DNA of 62,000 nucleotides from Hyalangium minutum (GTDB lineage Bacteria; Myxococcota; Myxococcia; Myxococcales; Myxococcaceae): NCBI RefSeq assembly GCF_000737315.1, contig NZ_JMCB01000004.1, positions 144,001 to 206,000 of the forward strand, read 5' to 3'. Shown piece by piece: positions 36,581 to 46,046 of this stretch (position 1 is its first letter; each line of letters starts with the position of its first letter). The notes under the pieces were generated by a model. It saw only the letters and a program-made list of their open reading frames with translations, ran no database searches and was not told where the DNA came from. The position numbers and the translations under genes were made by a program.

Positions 36581-36945
36581 AGCTGTGGGAGGCAGGTGGC
36601 GCGAGGGGGCTCACAATGGACGGCATTGTCTTTCCGCAACTTGCCTGGGAGTGAGGCCCGTGAGCTCAGCCACGGTGGCGCTGGGCGGCGCGGTAGAACT
36701 GGGTGAGGGAGAAGTCCAGCAGGGACTGGCGCGAGCGCATGGACTTGTGCGCGCGCACGAAGGGCAGCCACACGCGCGAGCCAACGCGCACCTGGGACTC
36801 CTCGAGCTTCTTGCGGGCAATCCACTGTCCGCCCAGGTGTTTGACCATGACTTCGCCCAGGTAGGCGCCGATGGCGGGCACCAGCCGACCGTCAATCTGG
36901 TCGCGGTCGAAGCGTTCCGGAAAGCTCCATGTCCAGAAGTCGAGG
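36581..36945 (+). repeat. 365-bp direct repeat, copy 2
   Basis: See copy 1; includes an orphan DUF2381 tail LWEAGGARGLTMDGIVFPQLAWE* at 36581-36654. Confidence 0.95.
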
Positions 36946-38006
36946 TCCGCGTCGGTGAGGGATTCGGGGGACTGCTGGAGGATGGAGGGCACCTCGGAGT
37001 GGAGAATGGCGACCAGGGACTCGGCCATGAGCGAGTAGTGCTCCAGGGCCTTGTGGGTGTCCGGGACGTCCGAGGGCAGGGTGGCATTCAGGGGCAACCA
37101 CTCGTCCGGCTCCGGGAACGGGTAGGCGTTGAACTCGGCGATCTGGCGCTGGCGCTGACTGATGGAGGTGCGGTCCAAGAGGCGCAAGAGCAGAGGCGCC
37201 ACGTCGGGGTGGAAGCGGGGTTCCACGGGGGCGAGGGTGGCGTTGCGCTCCTGGAGGGAGCGCAGCACCGTGTCAAAGTCCAGTTCTGGGCGCAGGTGGA
37301 CGAAGGCGCGGGCCTGAGCCAGGCGGGCCTCGGGGTGGGTGAAGTGGGCGGCGATGGGCCAGGGGACGAGCAGCACGCTGCCGTTGGGGAGTTCCTCCAC
37401 GCGGTGGGCGGGGGTAGACAGCAGGCGCTCGCGGCCCAGGAGGTTCACCAACTGGGGGCCGAAGACGTTGAGCCAGAACACCTCGTAGAGCCGATCGAAG
37501 CCATCCCGGATGCTGGTCTGGATGTCACGGCCGAAGCCGGGCGAGTCCGCCAACAGGCTGTCGGCGTAGCTGCCTGCGAAGGAATGAGAGACGGGGTAGT
37601 GGCAGGCCCAGGCGCGCACCAACTCTACGAGGTCGCAACAGGGCGCTTCCCGCGCGAGGAAGGAGAAGGGTTGAGCACGGAGAATGACTCTCAACTCTCC
37701 GGGGGCCTCCTCGCGAAAGAGAGTGAGATCCAGTGACACCGCAGGCTCGGTGGGGCGCTCCAGGTAGAGGGTAGGGACATTGTTATCTGCCTTGTCTTGG
37801 AATGCCTTCCAAAAGGCTGCGCGGGAGTAGCTGCGCCGCCGCTTGCCTTTGACATGGCTTGGCATCCACTCGCCCGCGTGCTGCTCCAGGGCCTGGAGGA
37901 AGGGCTCCAACGCGTGCTCCAGCTTCGCCTTCGCGTCATACGTCCCGTCGAAACGCAGGTAGAGGGAGTCTGCTCGGCTCAACGCTTCTACAGTCAAAAG
38001 CGTCAT
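36666..38006 (-). CDS. Putative immunity protein of the adjacent toxin (myxobacterial, two-domain)
   Basis: Start overlaps the toxin stop by 4 nt; WLNVFGPQLVNLLGRERLLSTPAHRVEELPNGSVLLV resembles myxobacterial immunity-type proteins; intact 446 aa. Confidence 0.65.
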   Translation of the reverse strand: MTLLTVEALSRADSLYLRFDGTYDAKAKLEHALEPFLQALEQHAGEWMPSHVKGKRRRSYSRAAFWKAFQDKADNNVPTLYLERPTEPAVSLDLTLFREEAPGELRVILRAQPFSFLAREAPCCDLVELVRAWACHYPVSHSFAGSYADSLLADSPGFGRDIQTSIRDGFDRLYEVFWLNVFGPQLVNLLGRERLLSTPAHRVEELPNGSVLLVPWPIAAHFTHPEARLAQARAFVHLRPELDFDTVLRSLQERNATLAPVEPRFHPDVAPLLLRLLDRTSISQRQRQIAEFNAYPFPEPDEWLPLNATLPSDVPDTHKALEHYSLMAESLVAILHSEVPSILQQSPESLTDADLDFWTWSFPERFDRDQIDGRLVPAIGAYLGEVMVKHLGGQWIARKKLEESQVRVGSRVWLPFVRAHKSMRSRQSLLDFSLTQFYRAAQRHRG

Positions 38007-38776
38007 TGAATCACCACCTCCACCCCTTTCACTTTCCCCTGGACGTCCTTGAGGGCAGGCTCCAGGACGGGCCGATCGGGCACGCGGCTGCCGCCTTCGT
38101 AGACAAGGCGGACGCGCTGCACCTGCACGAAGCCCTCGAGCGAGGGACGCCGGATGTTCACCTTGCCGCCGTAGTACTCCAGGGCGGCGCGGGCATCCAT
38201 CAATATAGGTGCCTCCAGTGCTTCGCCCGCGAGCGGCTGGAGGAAGCGGCTCTTGAAGCTGAAGGTCTCCACGCGGGGGGCTTGGCTTGAGGGAGGGCGC
38301 TGCTCAATGACGAGCACGTCCACGAAGCGCACCACTCCAGGCACCCCGGGCTTGGACAGGCCGACGTGGACCTCGATGCGCGGCAGGGTGAAGGCACTCA
38401 GCCAGCGGCGCTGGGCTTGGGGCAGTGCGGCGTCCTCGCGCAGTACGGAGATCATGAAGCGCTCGAAGGTGAGGCCTCGGGCAAACTCGCCGCGCAAGCG
38501 TTCATAGGCCGCCCAGCGCAGAGGGCCCTTGGCGGGCGTGCCCTCTTCCAAGAGGGCGAGGCGAGCGCGGCGGTAGGCGAGGTAGTCGTTCCACAGGGCG
38601 TAGCCTTCCGGTACCCCGGGTGGGGGTGTGTCGAGCGTGGCCTGGAGCTTGCGGAGCAGGGCGGTGTCAGCGGGCAGGCGGGGGCCCTGGGACTCCCGTT
38701 CGGCCAGCAGCAGCTTGGCTTCCAGCACCTCGCGGGTGTGGCCTGAGGCCTCGTCCAACAGCGAGGCCAGGCCTCC
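38003..38776 (-). pseudogene. Headless polymorphic toxin: PD-(D/E)xK restriction-endonuclease-fold C-terminal domain
   Basis: GLTFER...VRFVDVLVIE...VETFSFKSR (E, D, SxK catalytic pattern); the frame extends 5' as PGGLASLLDEASG to a TGA inside the 39-bp repeat; no signal peptide or lipobox. Confidence 0.65.
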
Positions 38777-38777
38777 C

Positions 38778-38855
38778 GGTCAGCTGTGGCCACCTGCTTG
38801 TTGCAGACAGCTGACCGGTCAGCTGTGGCCACCTGCCCGTTGCAGACAACTGACT
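38778..38855. repeat. Two tandem 39-bp palindromic units
   Basis: ggtcagctgtggccacctgcttgttgcagacagctgacc (38778-38816) and ggtcagctgtggccacctgcccgttgcagacaactgact (38817-38855); unit 1 has 10-bp terminal inverted repeats and an inner ctgc/gcag stem. Confidence 0.92.
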
Positions 38856-38881
38856 GCGCTGGGAAGCGGTGGGCCCCTACA
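38856..38881 (+). repeat. 26-bp DUF2381 fragment matching 34344-34369
   Basis: gcgctgggaagcggtgggcccctaca vs gcgctgggaagctgtgggcccctaca (25/26). Confidence 0.9.
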
Positions 38882-39030
38882 CCGGAGTTGGCCGCCCCCT
38901 TCTTGCGTGAGCTTATGCCCACCTTTGCCGACCTGTGCCTCTGTTCCGACCCACCGGGTGGGTGGGTACCCGCGAGCGGCTGCTCCCGCTGGTGGTATGG
39001 GAGAGGACCCTTGTCTCTGGAGTCCGCGAC

Positions 39031-40281
39031 ATGATCCGCGCCCACCCCCTGCTCGCCGAGCGCCCGGAGGACCTGGAGCCGGCCTTCCGCCGCATGGGGC
39101 TGCCCACGCCCGCCCGCGAGTACCTGCTGGAGAAGCTGCCCCAGTTCCGGTTGCTGCTCACCGGACTGACGCAGGTGGAGGGGCGCTTCCTCAAGGGGCT
39201 GTTCGAGTCATCCGAAGCGCCCGGCCGCGAGGAGTACCCGTCCTATGTCGCGGGTGATCCGCGCACCCGCCTGGGCAGTGGGATGCTCACGGGCCGCCGC
39301 GAGCAGTTCGATCGGTTGATCTCCGCCGCCCGAGTTGATCCGCAGCTCGCCGGGCTCGCTGAGGCGCTGACTCAGGCTCTGGGCTCGGTGGTGGCGCCGG
39401 CGCCGCTCACACTGGGAGGACGGACCTTCACCTTCGGCTCACGCACCTACGTCATGGGTGTGGTGAACGTGACGCCGGACAGCTTCTCGGACGGAGGCCG
39501 GTACGCCTCCTCGGAGACTGCCATCGAGCACGGGCTGAAGCTCGCGCAGGCGGGAGCGGATATTCTGGACGTGGGCGGCGAGTCCACCCGGCCCGGTTCC
39601 CAGCCTGTCTCCGCTGACGAGGAGGTCGCACGTGTGGTGCCGGTCCTTCGGGAGCTGCGCGCGCGCACACAGGTGCCCCTGTCGGTGGACACCACCAAGG
39701 CCTCCGTGGCGCGCGAGGCCCTGAAGGCGGGCGCCTCGCTCATCAACGACATCAGCGGCTTCCACTTTGACGCGGAGCTTCCTCGCGTGGTGGCCGAGGC
39801 ACGCGCCGCCTGTTGCCTCATGCACATCCAGGGTACCCCGCAGACGATGCAGCAATCGCCTTGGTATGAGGACATATTGGACGACGTGCTCGCCTTCCTC
39901 GAAGAGGGGGTGTCACGCGCCGTGGCCGCTGGTGTGGCTCGCGAGTCCATCTTGGTGGACCCGGGCATCGGCTTTGGCAAGACGCTGGGTCACAACCTAT
40001 TTCTCCTTAGGAGGCTGGGTGATCTCAGGGTGTTGGGGCTGCCGCTGCTGGTGGGGACGAGCCGCAAGGGCTTCCTGGGCGCGCTCACGGGCGGCAAGCC
40101 AGCGGGCGAGCGTTTGGCCGCCACCCTCGGTTCGGTTGCAGCGGTGGCGGCCCTGGGTGGCGCGGACTTCGTGCGCGTGCACGACGTGGCGGAGGTCCGG
40201 GACGCTCTGGCAGTGACCGAGGCGCTCCGCGCTGCCTCGGACGGTGGTTCCCTCTATGCCAAGCCGAAGGTGGGTGCTTGA
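39031..40281 (+). CDS. folP: Dihydropteroate synthase with N-terminal extension
   Basis: YVMGVVNVTPDSFSDGG, DILDVGGESTRPG, SVDTTKA, INDISG, VDPGIGFGK, GTSRK, VRVHDV; start set at ATG 39031. Confidence 0.95.
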   Translation: MIRAHPLLAERPEDLEPAFRRMGLPTPAREYLLEKLPQFRLLLTGLTQVEGRFLKGLFESSEAPGREEYPSYVAGDPRTRLGSGMLTGRREQFDRLISAARVDPQLAGLAEALTQALGSVVAPAPLTLGGRTFTFGSRTYVMGVVNVTPDSFSDGGRYASSETAIEHGLKLAQAGADILDVGGESTRPGSQPVSADEEVARVVPVLRELRARTQVPLSVDTTKASVAREALKAGASLINDISGFHFDAELPRVVAEARAACCLMHIQGTPQTMQQSPWYEDILDDVLAFLEEGVSRAVAAGVARESILVDPGIGFGKTLGHNLFLLRRLGDLRVLGLPLLVGTSRKGFLGALTGGKPAGERLAATLGSVAAVAALGGADFVRVHDVAEVRDALAVTEALRAASDGGSLYAKPKVGA

Positions 40282-40436
40282 AGGAACAAGTGAGCTAAGG
40301 AAAACGCAGGGTTGGATGGTTGCCTGTCAGCGAACGGCTCCCTAGTTTCGAGCCCGTGTTGGTATGCGCGGTATAAGGCGCTCGGGCGGGGATGCCGGTG
40401 GTGCTCCGGCGCAGGAAAAGGTGAGAGGCGGCACAC

Positions 40437-41828
40437 ATGGCTTACAAGATGAATATGACTCCTAAAGAGGAGCGGACTTCGCAGCGGCTGTTTGGCACGG
40501 ATGGCGTGCGCGGCGTGGCGAACGTCCACCCGATGACCGCCGAGGTGGCGATGCAGCTCGGCCGAGCGCTCGCGTACCTCATCCGCAACGGACCGCACCG
40601 GCACCGCGTCATCATCGGCAAGGACACGCGCCTGTCCGGCTACATGCTGGAGCAGGCGCTCGCGGCGGGCATCACCTCCATGGGCGTGGATGTGTGGCTC
40701 ACGGGGCCGCTGCCCACGCCGGGCATCTCCAACCTCACCACGTCCATGCGCGCGGACGCGGGCGCCGTCATCTCGGCGTCCCACAACCCGTACCAGGACA
40801 ACGGCATCAAGTTCTTCTGGCGCGACGGCTTCAAGCTGCCGGATGAGACGGAGGCGAAGCTGGAGGAGCTGCTGTCCACCGGCGCCATGGACACGATCCG
40901 GCCCACGGCGGACAACATCGGCCGCGCGTTCCGGCTCGAAGACGCCCGGGGCCGCTACATCGTCTTCCTGAAGGCCACGTTCCCCCGCGAGCTGACGCTG
41001 GAGGGGATGACCATCGTGGTGGATTGCGCCAATGGCGCGGCCTACAAGACGGCGCCCTCGGTGCTTGAGGAGCTGGGCGCCAAGGTCATCTCGATCGGCG
41101 TCTCTCCGGACGGCACGAACATCAACGAGAAGTGCGGCGCGCTGCACCCGGAGGGCCTGGCCCGCGCGGTGAAAGAGCATGGCGCGCACCTGGGCCTGGC
41201 GCTGGACGGCGACGCGGATCGGCTCATCGTCGTGGACGAGAAGGGCAAGGTGGTGGACGGCGACGCCATCATGGCCATCTGCACGGGCGAGCTGGTGGCC
41301 CGCGAGCAGCTCAAGAAGAAGACGCTGGTCTCCACCGTGATGAGCAACATCGGCCTGGAGCGCGCGGTGGCGCGCTGGGGCGTGAAGGTGGCTCGCACGC
41401 GCGTGGGCGACCGGTACGTCGTCGAGGAGATGCGCAAGCACGGCTACAACCTGGGTGGCGAGCAGAGCGGCCATCTCATCTTCCTGGACCATTCGACGAC
41501 GGGAGATGGGACGCTGGCGGCGCTGCAGTTGCTGGCCGTCATGTGCCGCCAGGGCAAGCCGCTGAGCGAGCTGGCCTCCATCTTCGAGCCGGTGCCGCAG
41601 ACGCTGCTCAACGTGGTGGTGAAGGAGAAGCGAGAGCTCGGTGAGCTGCCCGAGGTGATGAAGGTCATCCAGAGCGTGGAGCAGCGTCTGGGCAGCGCGG
41701 GCCGCGTGCTGGTGCGTTTCTCCGGCACCGAGCCCAAGGTCCGTATCCTCATCGAGGGTGAGGATGGGGCGCGCAACGAGGCGTACGCGAAGGAGATCGC
41801 TGAGGCGCTCTCGAAGTCCCTGAACTGA
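40437..41828 (+). CDS. glmM: Phosphoglucosamine mutase
   Basis: [52 protein letters not shown]. Confidence 0.97.
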   Translation: MAYKMNMTPKEERTSQRLFGTDGVRGVANVHPMTAEVAMQLGRALAYLIRNGPHRHRVIIGKDTRLSGYMLEQALAAGITSMGVDVWLTGPLPTPGISNLTTSMRADAGAVISASHNPYQDNGIKFFWRDGFKLPDETEAKLEELLSTGAMDTIRPTADNIGRAFRLEDARGRYIVFLKATFPRELTLEGMTIVVDCANGAAYKTAPSVLEELGAKVISIGVSPDGTNINEKCGALHPEGLARAVKEHGAHLGLALDGDADRLIVVDEKGKVVDGDAIMAICTGELVAREQLKKKTLVSTVMSNIGLERAVARWGVKVARTRVGDRYVVEEMRKHGYNLGGEQSGHLIFLDHSTTGDGTLAALQLLAVMCRQGKPLSELASIFEPVPQTLLNVVVKEKRELGELPEVMKVIQSVEQRLGSAGRVLVRFSGTEPKVRILIEGEDGARNEAYAKEIAEALSKSLN

Positions 41829-41859
41829 GCAGGGAGTCAGGCGCCCCAGCGGTGGCGCA

Positions 41860-41882
41860 GGGGCCCTCGGTGAGAGGGCCCC
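41860..41882. terminator. Hairpin between convergent genes
   Basis: ggggccctc-ggtga-gagggcccc. Confidence 0.5.
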
Positions 41883-41893
41883 CGCGGCCGGTA

Positions 41894-44800
41894 CTACGGG
41901 CACACGTCGCGGTCGTACAGCGGGAACACGTGGCCCTCGGCGTTACCCGTCAGCGACACAGCGTAGATGCCACCATCCCAGTTGCCGTTGCTGAAGTTGA
42001 TGCGGGCGTAGGGCGCCAGCACCGTGCCGCGGATGCCGAAGCTGGAAGAGGTGATGCTGGTGGTGTCCACGAAGTTGTAGAGGATGTTGCGCGCGTCGAT
42101 GCCGCTGCTCAGCTGGTAGCCGAAGTTGCGCAGCGTGGCCGAGGCGCCGCGGATGTTGATGATGACCATCGAGCCGGCCGGCACGTTGATGTTCAGCAGG
42201 GCCGCACCGTTGAAGGCGCTGGCGTTCACGTTGAAGATGTTCGTCGTCGTGCTCGTGCCGCGCAGGAAGATGCCGCCCCAGGACTCGCGCGTCGTCGTGC
42301 CGTTGGCCGTCTGGTTCGCCAGGTTGGTGGACAGGGTGCGCAGCTCCGCGAACTTCGCCGCGAAGTCGATGGGCGTGCCCTTGGCCAGGCTGCCCCGGGC
42401 GATCGTCACGCCCTGGTTGGCGCTGTAGTTGTTCCCGTAGAACGTGTTCCCGTACACCCGGCCGTTGGCCAGCGTCAGGTTGCCGCCCGCCACCAGCACG
42501 TTGGAGATGTCGCTGGCCGCCAGGCTGCCGCCCACCGCGAAGTTCGTCATGGAGATGTTGCCGCCCGCCGCCACCTTGCCCTGGACGTCCACGCCCTGGG
42601 TGTAGTCCTCGAGGAGGAAGAGGTTGTAGTCGCTCAGGCGGATCTGGGTGCAGGTGGAGCAGGGGCCCACCGTCAGCGGGCGAACCGCCGTGCCCACGTT
42701 GCCCGCGGCGTCCGCCACCCGGTAGGTGACCGTGTACTGGCCCGCGCGCGTCTGGTCGAGGTTGCTGGTGGTGGTGATGGTCTGCGTCAGGTTCCCCGCG
42801 CACTGATCCGACGCCGTGGCGCCCGGATCCACGTAGGGCGAGCCGTTGCACGCGACGGTGGTGGCGCCAGCGCGCACCTGGATCTGCGGAGCCAGCGTGT
42901 CACGCACCGTCACCGAGCGGGAGGCCGCCGCCGTGCCCGTGTTGCCGGACGGATCCACCGCCTTGTAGCTCAGCGTGTAGGTTCCCAGCTGCGCCGTGTT
43001 GACCGAGCCCAGGGTCTGCGTGGCCAGAGAGCCCGCGCACGCATCGCTCGCCGAGGCACCCGGATCCACATAGGCGCCCGAGCCGCACTCCACCTGCGCG
43101 TTCAGCACGCCGTTGATCGTCACCGTGGGGCTGAGCGTGTCCGCCACCGTGATGACGCGGCTGGCCTCGGGGGCCGCGTGGTGGGACGGATCGCTCACGT
43201 TGTAGCGCAGGACGTAGGCGCCGGGGACCTGCGGGTTCACCGTGCCGCTGCGCGTGATGGAGGCCGACAGATTCCCCGCGCACCGGTCCGAGGCCGAGGC
43301 GCCGGACTCGGTGTACGCCGTGCCGCACTCCAGCTGCTGGTTGATCAGCCCGTGGAGCGTGATGGCTGGCGCCAGCGTGTCGGCCACGGCCACCGTGCGC
43401 GTGGCAGGCTCAGAGGTGTTGCCCGCCGAGTCCGTCGCCACGTAGGTCAGCGTGTAGTTCGCGCTCGGCACCTCCAGGTTCACCGAGCCCGTCCGGGAGA
43501 TCTGGTCGCCGTACAGAGGGCCCTCGCACAGGTCGCTGGCGGGAGCACCCGGGTCCGTATAGGTGGCGCCCTTCGTGCACTCGAGCGTCTCCACCGCCAG
43601 GCCGTTGAGCTCCACCTGCGGCTTCACCCGGTCCAGCACCGTCACCACCGCCTTGCACGAGGACTGGAGGCCCTCGCGATCCGTGCACGTCAGGTACACC
43701 TCCGTCTCGCCGATGTCATACGGGCCCGTCGGGCTCTGCGTGCAGCCCGCCATGTCACCGTCCGGATCGCTAGAGCCCTGGTCCACCACCGCGGTGACGC
43801 CGCAGGTGTACTCTGCCACCACCGTCACGTCCTGGCAGCGCGCCACCGGGGGCCGCGGCAAGGTGGGCGGAGGCGTCTGCTGCGAGCGCTTGCAGAACGA
43901 GGTGCAAGTCCCCACCCGGCCCTCGGTGTCGCCGCTGCGGCCGTTGTGGATGCCCTCGTCGCACTCCTCGCCGAACTCCGTGTCCACGTGGCCGTCACCG
44001 CACCAGTTCATGTGGCACGAGAAGGAGCATGTCGAGGAGGCCAGCGTCCCCGTCTGCGCGGGGGTGCCGTTCAGCCAATCGCCCATGTCGCACTCCTCAC
44101 TCGAGGGCGCCTCAGAGAGTCCACAGCCCGCTCCCAGCGTCATGGCGCCGCGCACCAGCAGGTAGGGCGTGCCCGTCAGGAACGTCTCCGTGCCCGGATC
44201 CATCAGGAAGTCCGACATCACCTGCTCGCCGGGGATGGGTCCGTCCGAGGAGCTCAGCGCTATCGCGGCATACGAGAAGTTGCGCTTCGGGTAGCCGGTG
44301 AACACCGAGCGCGCCACGCAGCCGTTGTCGCCGCTCAGCTGGCCGTCCATCAGGTTCTGGGAGACCAGGTTGTTGTACATCTCGAAGATGTGGCCGGAGC
44401 TGGGGCAGCTCGCCATGCCCTGCACCGTGAAGGTGCCGAACGGCTCCAGCAGCTTCACCTGCGTGGGCGCCTGGGCATTCTCGTACGCGCAGCCCAGCGC
44501 GATGTACATGCCCGTGCGGTACTGCTGCGAGTTGAGCACGTGGCTGATCGCGTTCTCCACCAGCTGCGGCGTGCCATTGGTGACCGGATCCGTGCTCAGG
44601 ATGGCCACGTCACCGTCGACGATGATTCCCCAGCGGTCGCGCGTGTCGATCGCAGCCTGGAAGGCGGCCTCGCCGCTCTGGCACGCCCCATCACCGATGA
44701 TGAGGGCGCGGTAATCCATGAACTGATGCGCCGTCATGGCCCGCCACTGCTCCGGCGTCACCACGTCGATCTGAGTGAACGGAGAAGCCGCGGCCACCGC

Positions 44801-44995
44801 CTGTGCCTCGCGGCTCTCCAGCCCACCCGAGACGCTGCTGCCCAGGATGAGGACCTTGTCGCCGCTGCGCATCTGCTGAGAAGAGGTGCTCGGGGCCGCC
44901 GGGGCCGCCGAAGGCGTCGGAACTGCCGCCTCCCGGCCACACCCGAAGGCCGCCAAGGTGGTGAGCAGCCACCCGGTTCGGAGGAAGGAGCGCAT
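41894..44995 (-). CDS. Large surface lipoprotein: Myxococcus Cys-rich motif, Ig-like DUF5011/HYR repeats, C-terminal choice-of-anchor A domain
   Basis: Lipobox LAAFGC; CGDGHVDTEFGEECDEG; repeated DTLAP...ECG..Y.DPGASASD.C.G.L units; YNLFLLEDY...DVQGKVAAGGN C-terminal domain; start set at ATG 44995. Confidence 0.82.
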   Translation of the reverse strand: MRSFLRTGWLLTTLAAFGCGREAAVPTPSAAPAAPSTSSQQMRSGDKVLILGSSVSGGLESREAQAVAAASPFTQIDVVTPEQWRAMTAHQFMDYRALIIGDGACQSGEAAFQAAIDTRDRWGIIVDGDVAILSTDPVTNGTPQLVENAISHVLNSQQYRTGMYIALGCAYENAQAPTQVKLLEPFGTFTVQGMASCPSSGHIFEMYNNLVSQNLMDGQLSGDNGCVARSVFTGYPKRNFSYAAIALSSSDGPIPGEQVMSDFLMDPGTETFLTGTPYLLVRGAMTLGAGCGLSEAPSSEECDMGDWLNGTPAQTGTLASSTCSFSCHMNWCGDGHVDTEFGEECDEGIHNGRSGDTEGRVGTCTSFCKRSQQTPPPTLPRPPVARCQDVTVVAEYTCGVTAVVDQGSSDPDGDMAGCTQSPTGPYDIGETEVYLTCTDREGLQSSCKAVVTVLDRVKPQVELNGLAVETLECTKGATYTDPGAPASDLCEGPLYGDQISRTGSVNLEVPSANYTLTYVATDSAGNTSEPATRTVAVADTLAPAITLHGLINQQLECGTAYTESGASASDRCAGNLSASITRSGTVNPQVPGAYVLRYNVSDPSHHAAPEASRVITVADTLSPTVTINGVLNAQVECGSGAYVDPGASASDACAGSLATQTLGSVNTAQLGTYTLSYKAVDPSGNTGTAAASRSVTVRDTLAPQIQVRAGATTVACNGSPYVDPGATASDQCAGNLTQTITTTSNLDQTRAGQYTVTYRVADAAGNVGTAVRPLTVGPCSTCTQIRLSDYNLFLLEDYTQGVDVQGKVAAGGNISMTNFAVGGSLAASDISNVLVAGGNLTLANGRVYGNTFYGNNYSANQGVTIARGSLAKGTPIDFAAKFAELRTLSTNLANQTANGTTTRESWGGIFLRGTSTTTNIFNVNASAFNGAALLNINVPAGSMVIINIRGASATLRNFGYQLSSGIDARNILYNFVDTTSITSSSFGIRGTVLAPYARINFSNGNWDGGIYAVSLTGNAEGHVFPLYDRDVCP

Positions 44996-45318
44996 TGTTG
45001 GGAGACCCACAGGATTCCAGGAGAGGGACAGGCGCATGAGCAGGGTTCCTTCTTCTTGGTTTCTAAGAATTCGATTAAATCTCGGAAGACCGTGAGATAT
45101 TGAATTCCAGAGAATGATTCCTGTTCAGGCGGATAATTGCAAGCACACCTGAAATAAAGAGCTGGCGGAAGGTGAGCAGAGCCGCCGCCATTTCCCCAGG
45201 GCCTCACCGTGTGTAGCGCGGTGTCCCCGCAGCGGCTGCGGGCCGAGTGTTCCAGTGTATGGGGAATGTTGACATCGCTGTGGCAGGCCCCAATAGAGGA
45301 AGGAGCAAGGAGCGGCCC

Positions 45319-46044
45319 ATGGGACAGCGGTTGGGTGTGAACGTGGATCACGTGGCGACGCTGCGGCAGGCGCGGCGCACCACGTATCCGGATCCAGTCA
45401 CGGCGGCGGCGCTGGCGGAGCTGGCCGGCGCGCAGCAGATCACCATCCACCTGCGCGAGGATCGCCGCCACATCCAGGACCGCGATCTGCGCATCCTCCG
45501 GGAGACGTGCCAGACGCTGCTGAACCTGGAGATGGCGGCCACCACGGAGATGGTGAAGATCGCCTACGAGTACAAGCCGGACGTGGCGACGCTGGTGCCC
45601 GAGCGCCGCGAGGAGCTCACCACCGAGGGCGGGCTCGACGTGAACGGCCAGCGCGAGCACGTGGCCAAGATCATCAAGAACCTCAAGGACGGGGAGATCA
45701 CCGTCTCGCTGTTCATCGATCCGGACCTGGATCAGGTGCGCGCGGCGCACAAGGTGGATGCGGATCGGATCGAGCTGCACACCGGCCGCTACTGCGAGGC
45801 GCGCAACGAGCGTGAGCGGGGCCGGGAGCTGAGCCGCATCATCGATGCCTCCAAGGCCGCCGCGAAGCTGGGCATGAGCGTGGCCGCGGGCCACGGGCTC
45901 AACTACGACAACGTGCAGCCGGTTGCCCGCATCCGGGAAATCGACGAGCTGAACATCGGGCACGCCATCGTGGGCCGCGCGGTGCTGGTGGGCTTCGAGC
46001 GGGCGGTGCGGGAGATGCTGGAGCTGATGCGCAACCCGGGGTAG
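45319..46044 (+). CDS. pdxJ: Pyridoxine 5'-phosphate synthase
   Basis: [66 protein letters not shown]. Confidence 0.97.
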   Translation: MGQRLGVNVDHVATLRQARRTTYPDPVTAAALAELAGAQQITIHLREDRRHIQDRDLRILRETCQTLLNLEMAATTEMVKIAYEYKPDVATLVPERREELTTEGGLDVNGQREHVAKIIKNLKDGEITVSLFIDPDLDQVRAAHKVDADRIELHTGRYCEARNERERGRELSRIIDASKAAAKLGMSVAAGHGLNYDNVQPVARIREIDELNIGHAIVGRAVLVGFERAVREMLELMRNPG

Positions 46045-46046
46045 CG

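Noticed and set aside
38778-38855. CRISPR array
   Set aside because: Only two units, directly abutting with no spacer, and no cas genes in the window.
33000-38900. IS element, prophage or integrase-driven island
   Set aside because: No transposase, recombinase or phage gene, and no att-like direct repeat pair at the ftsH and folP boundaries could be seen.
38452-39045. ORF with a 13-aa repeat (SAVCNKQVATADR)
   Set aside because: It is the translation of the 39-bp DNA palindrome and overlaps both the toxin and the folP start; no coding signature.
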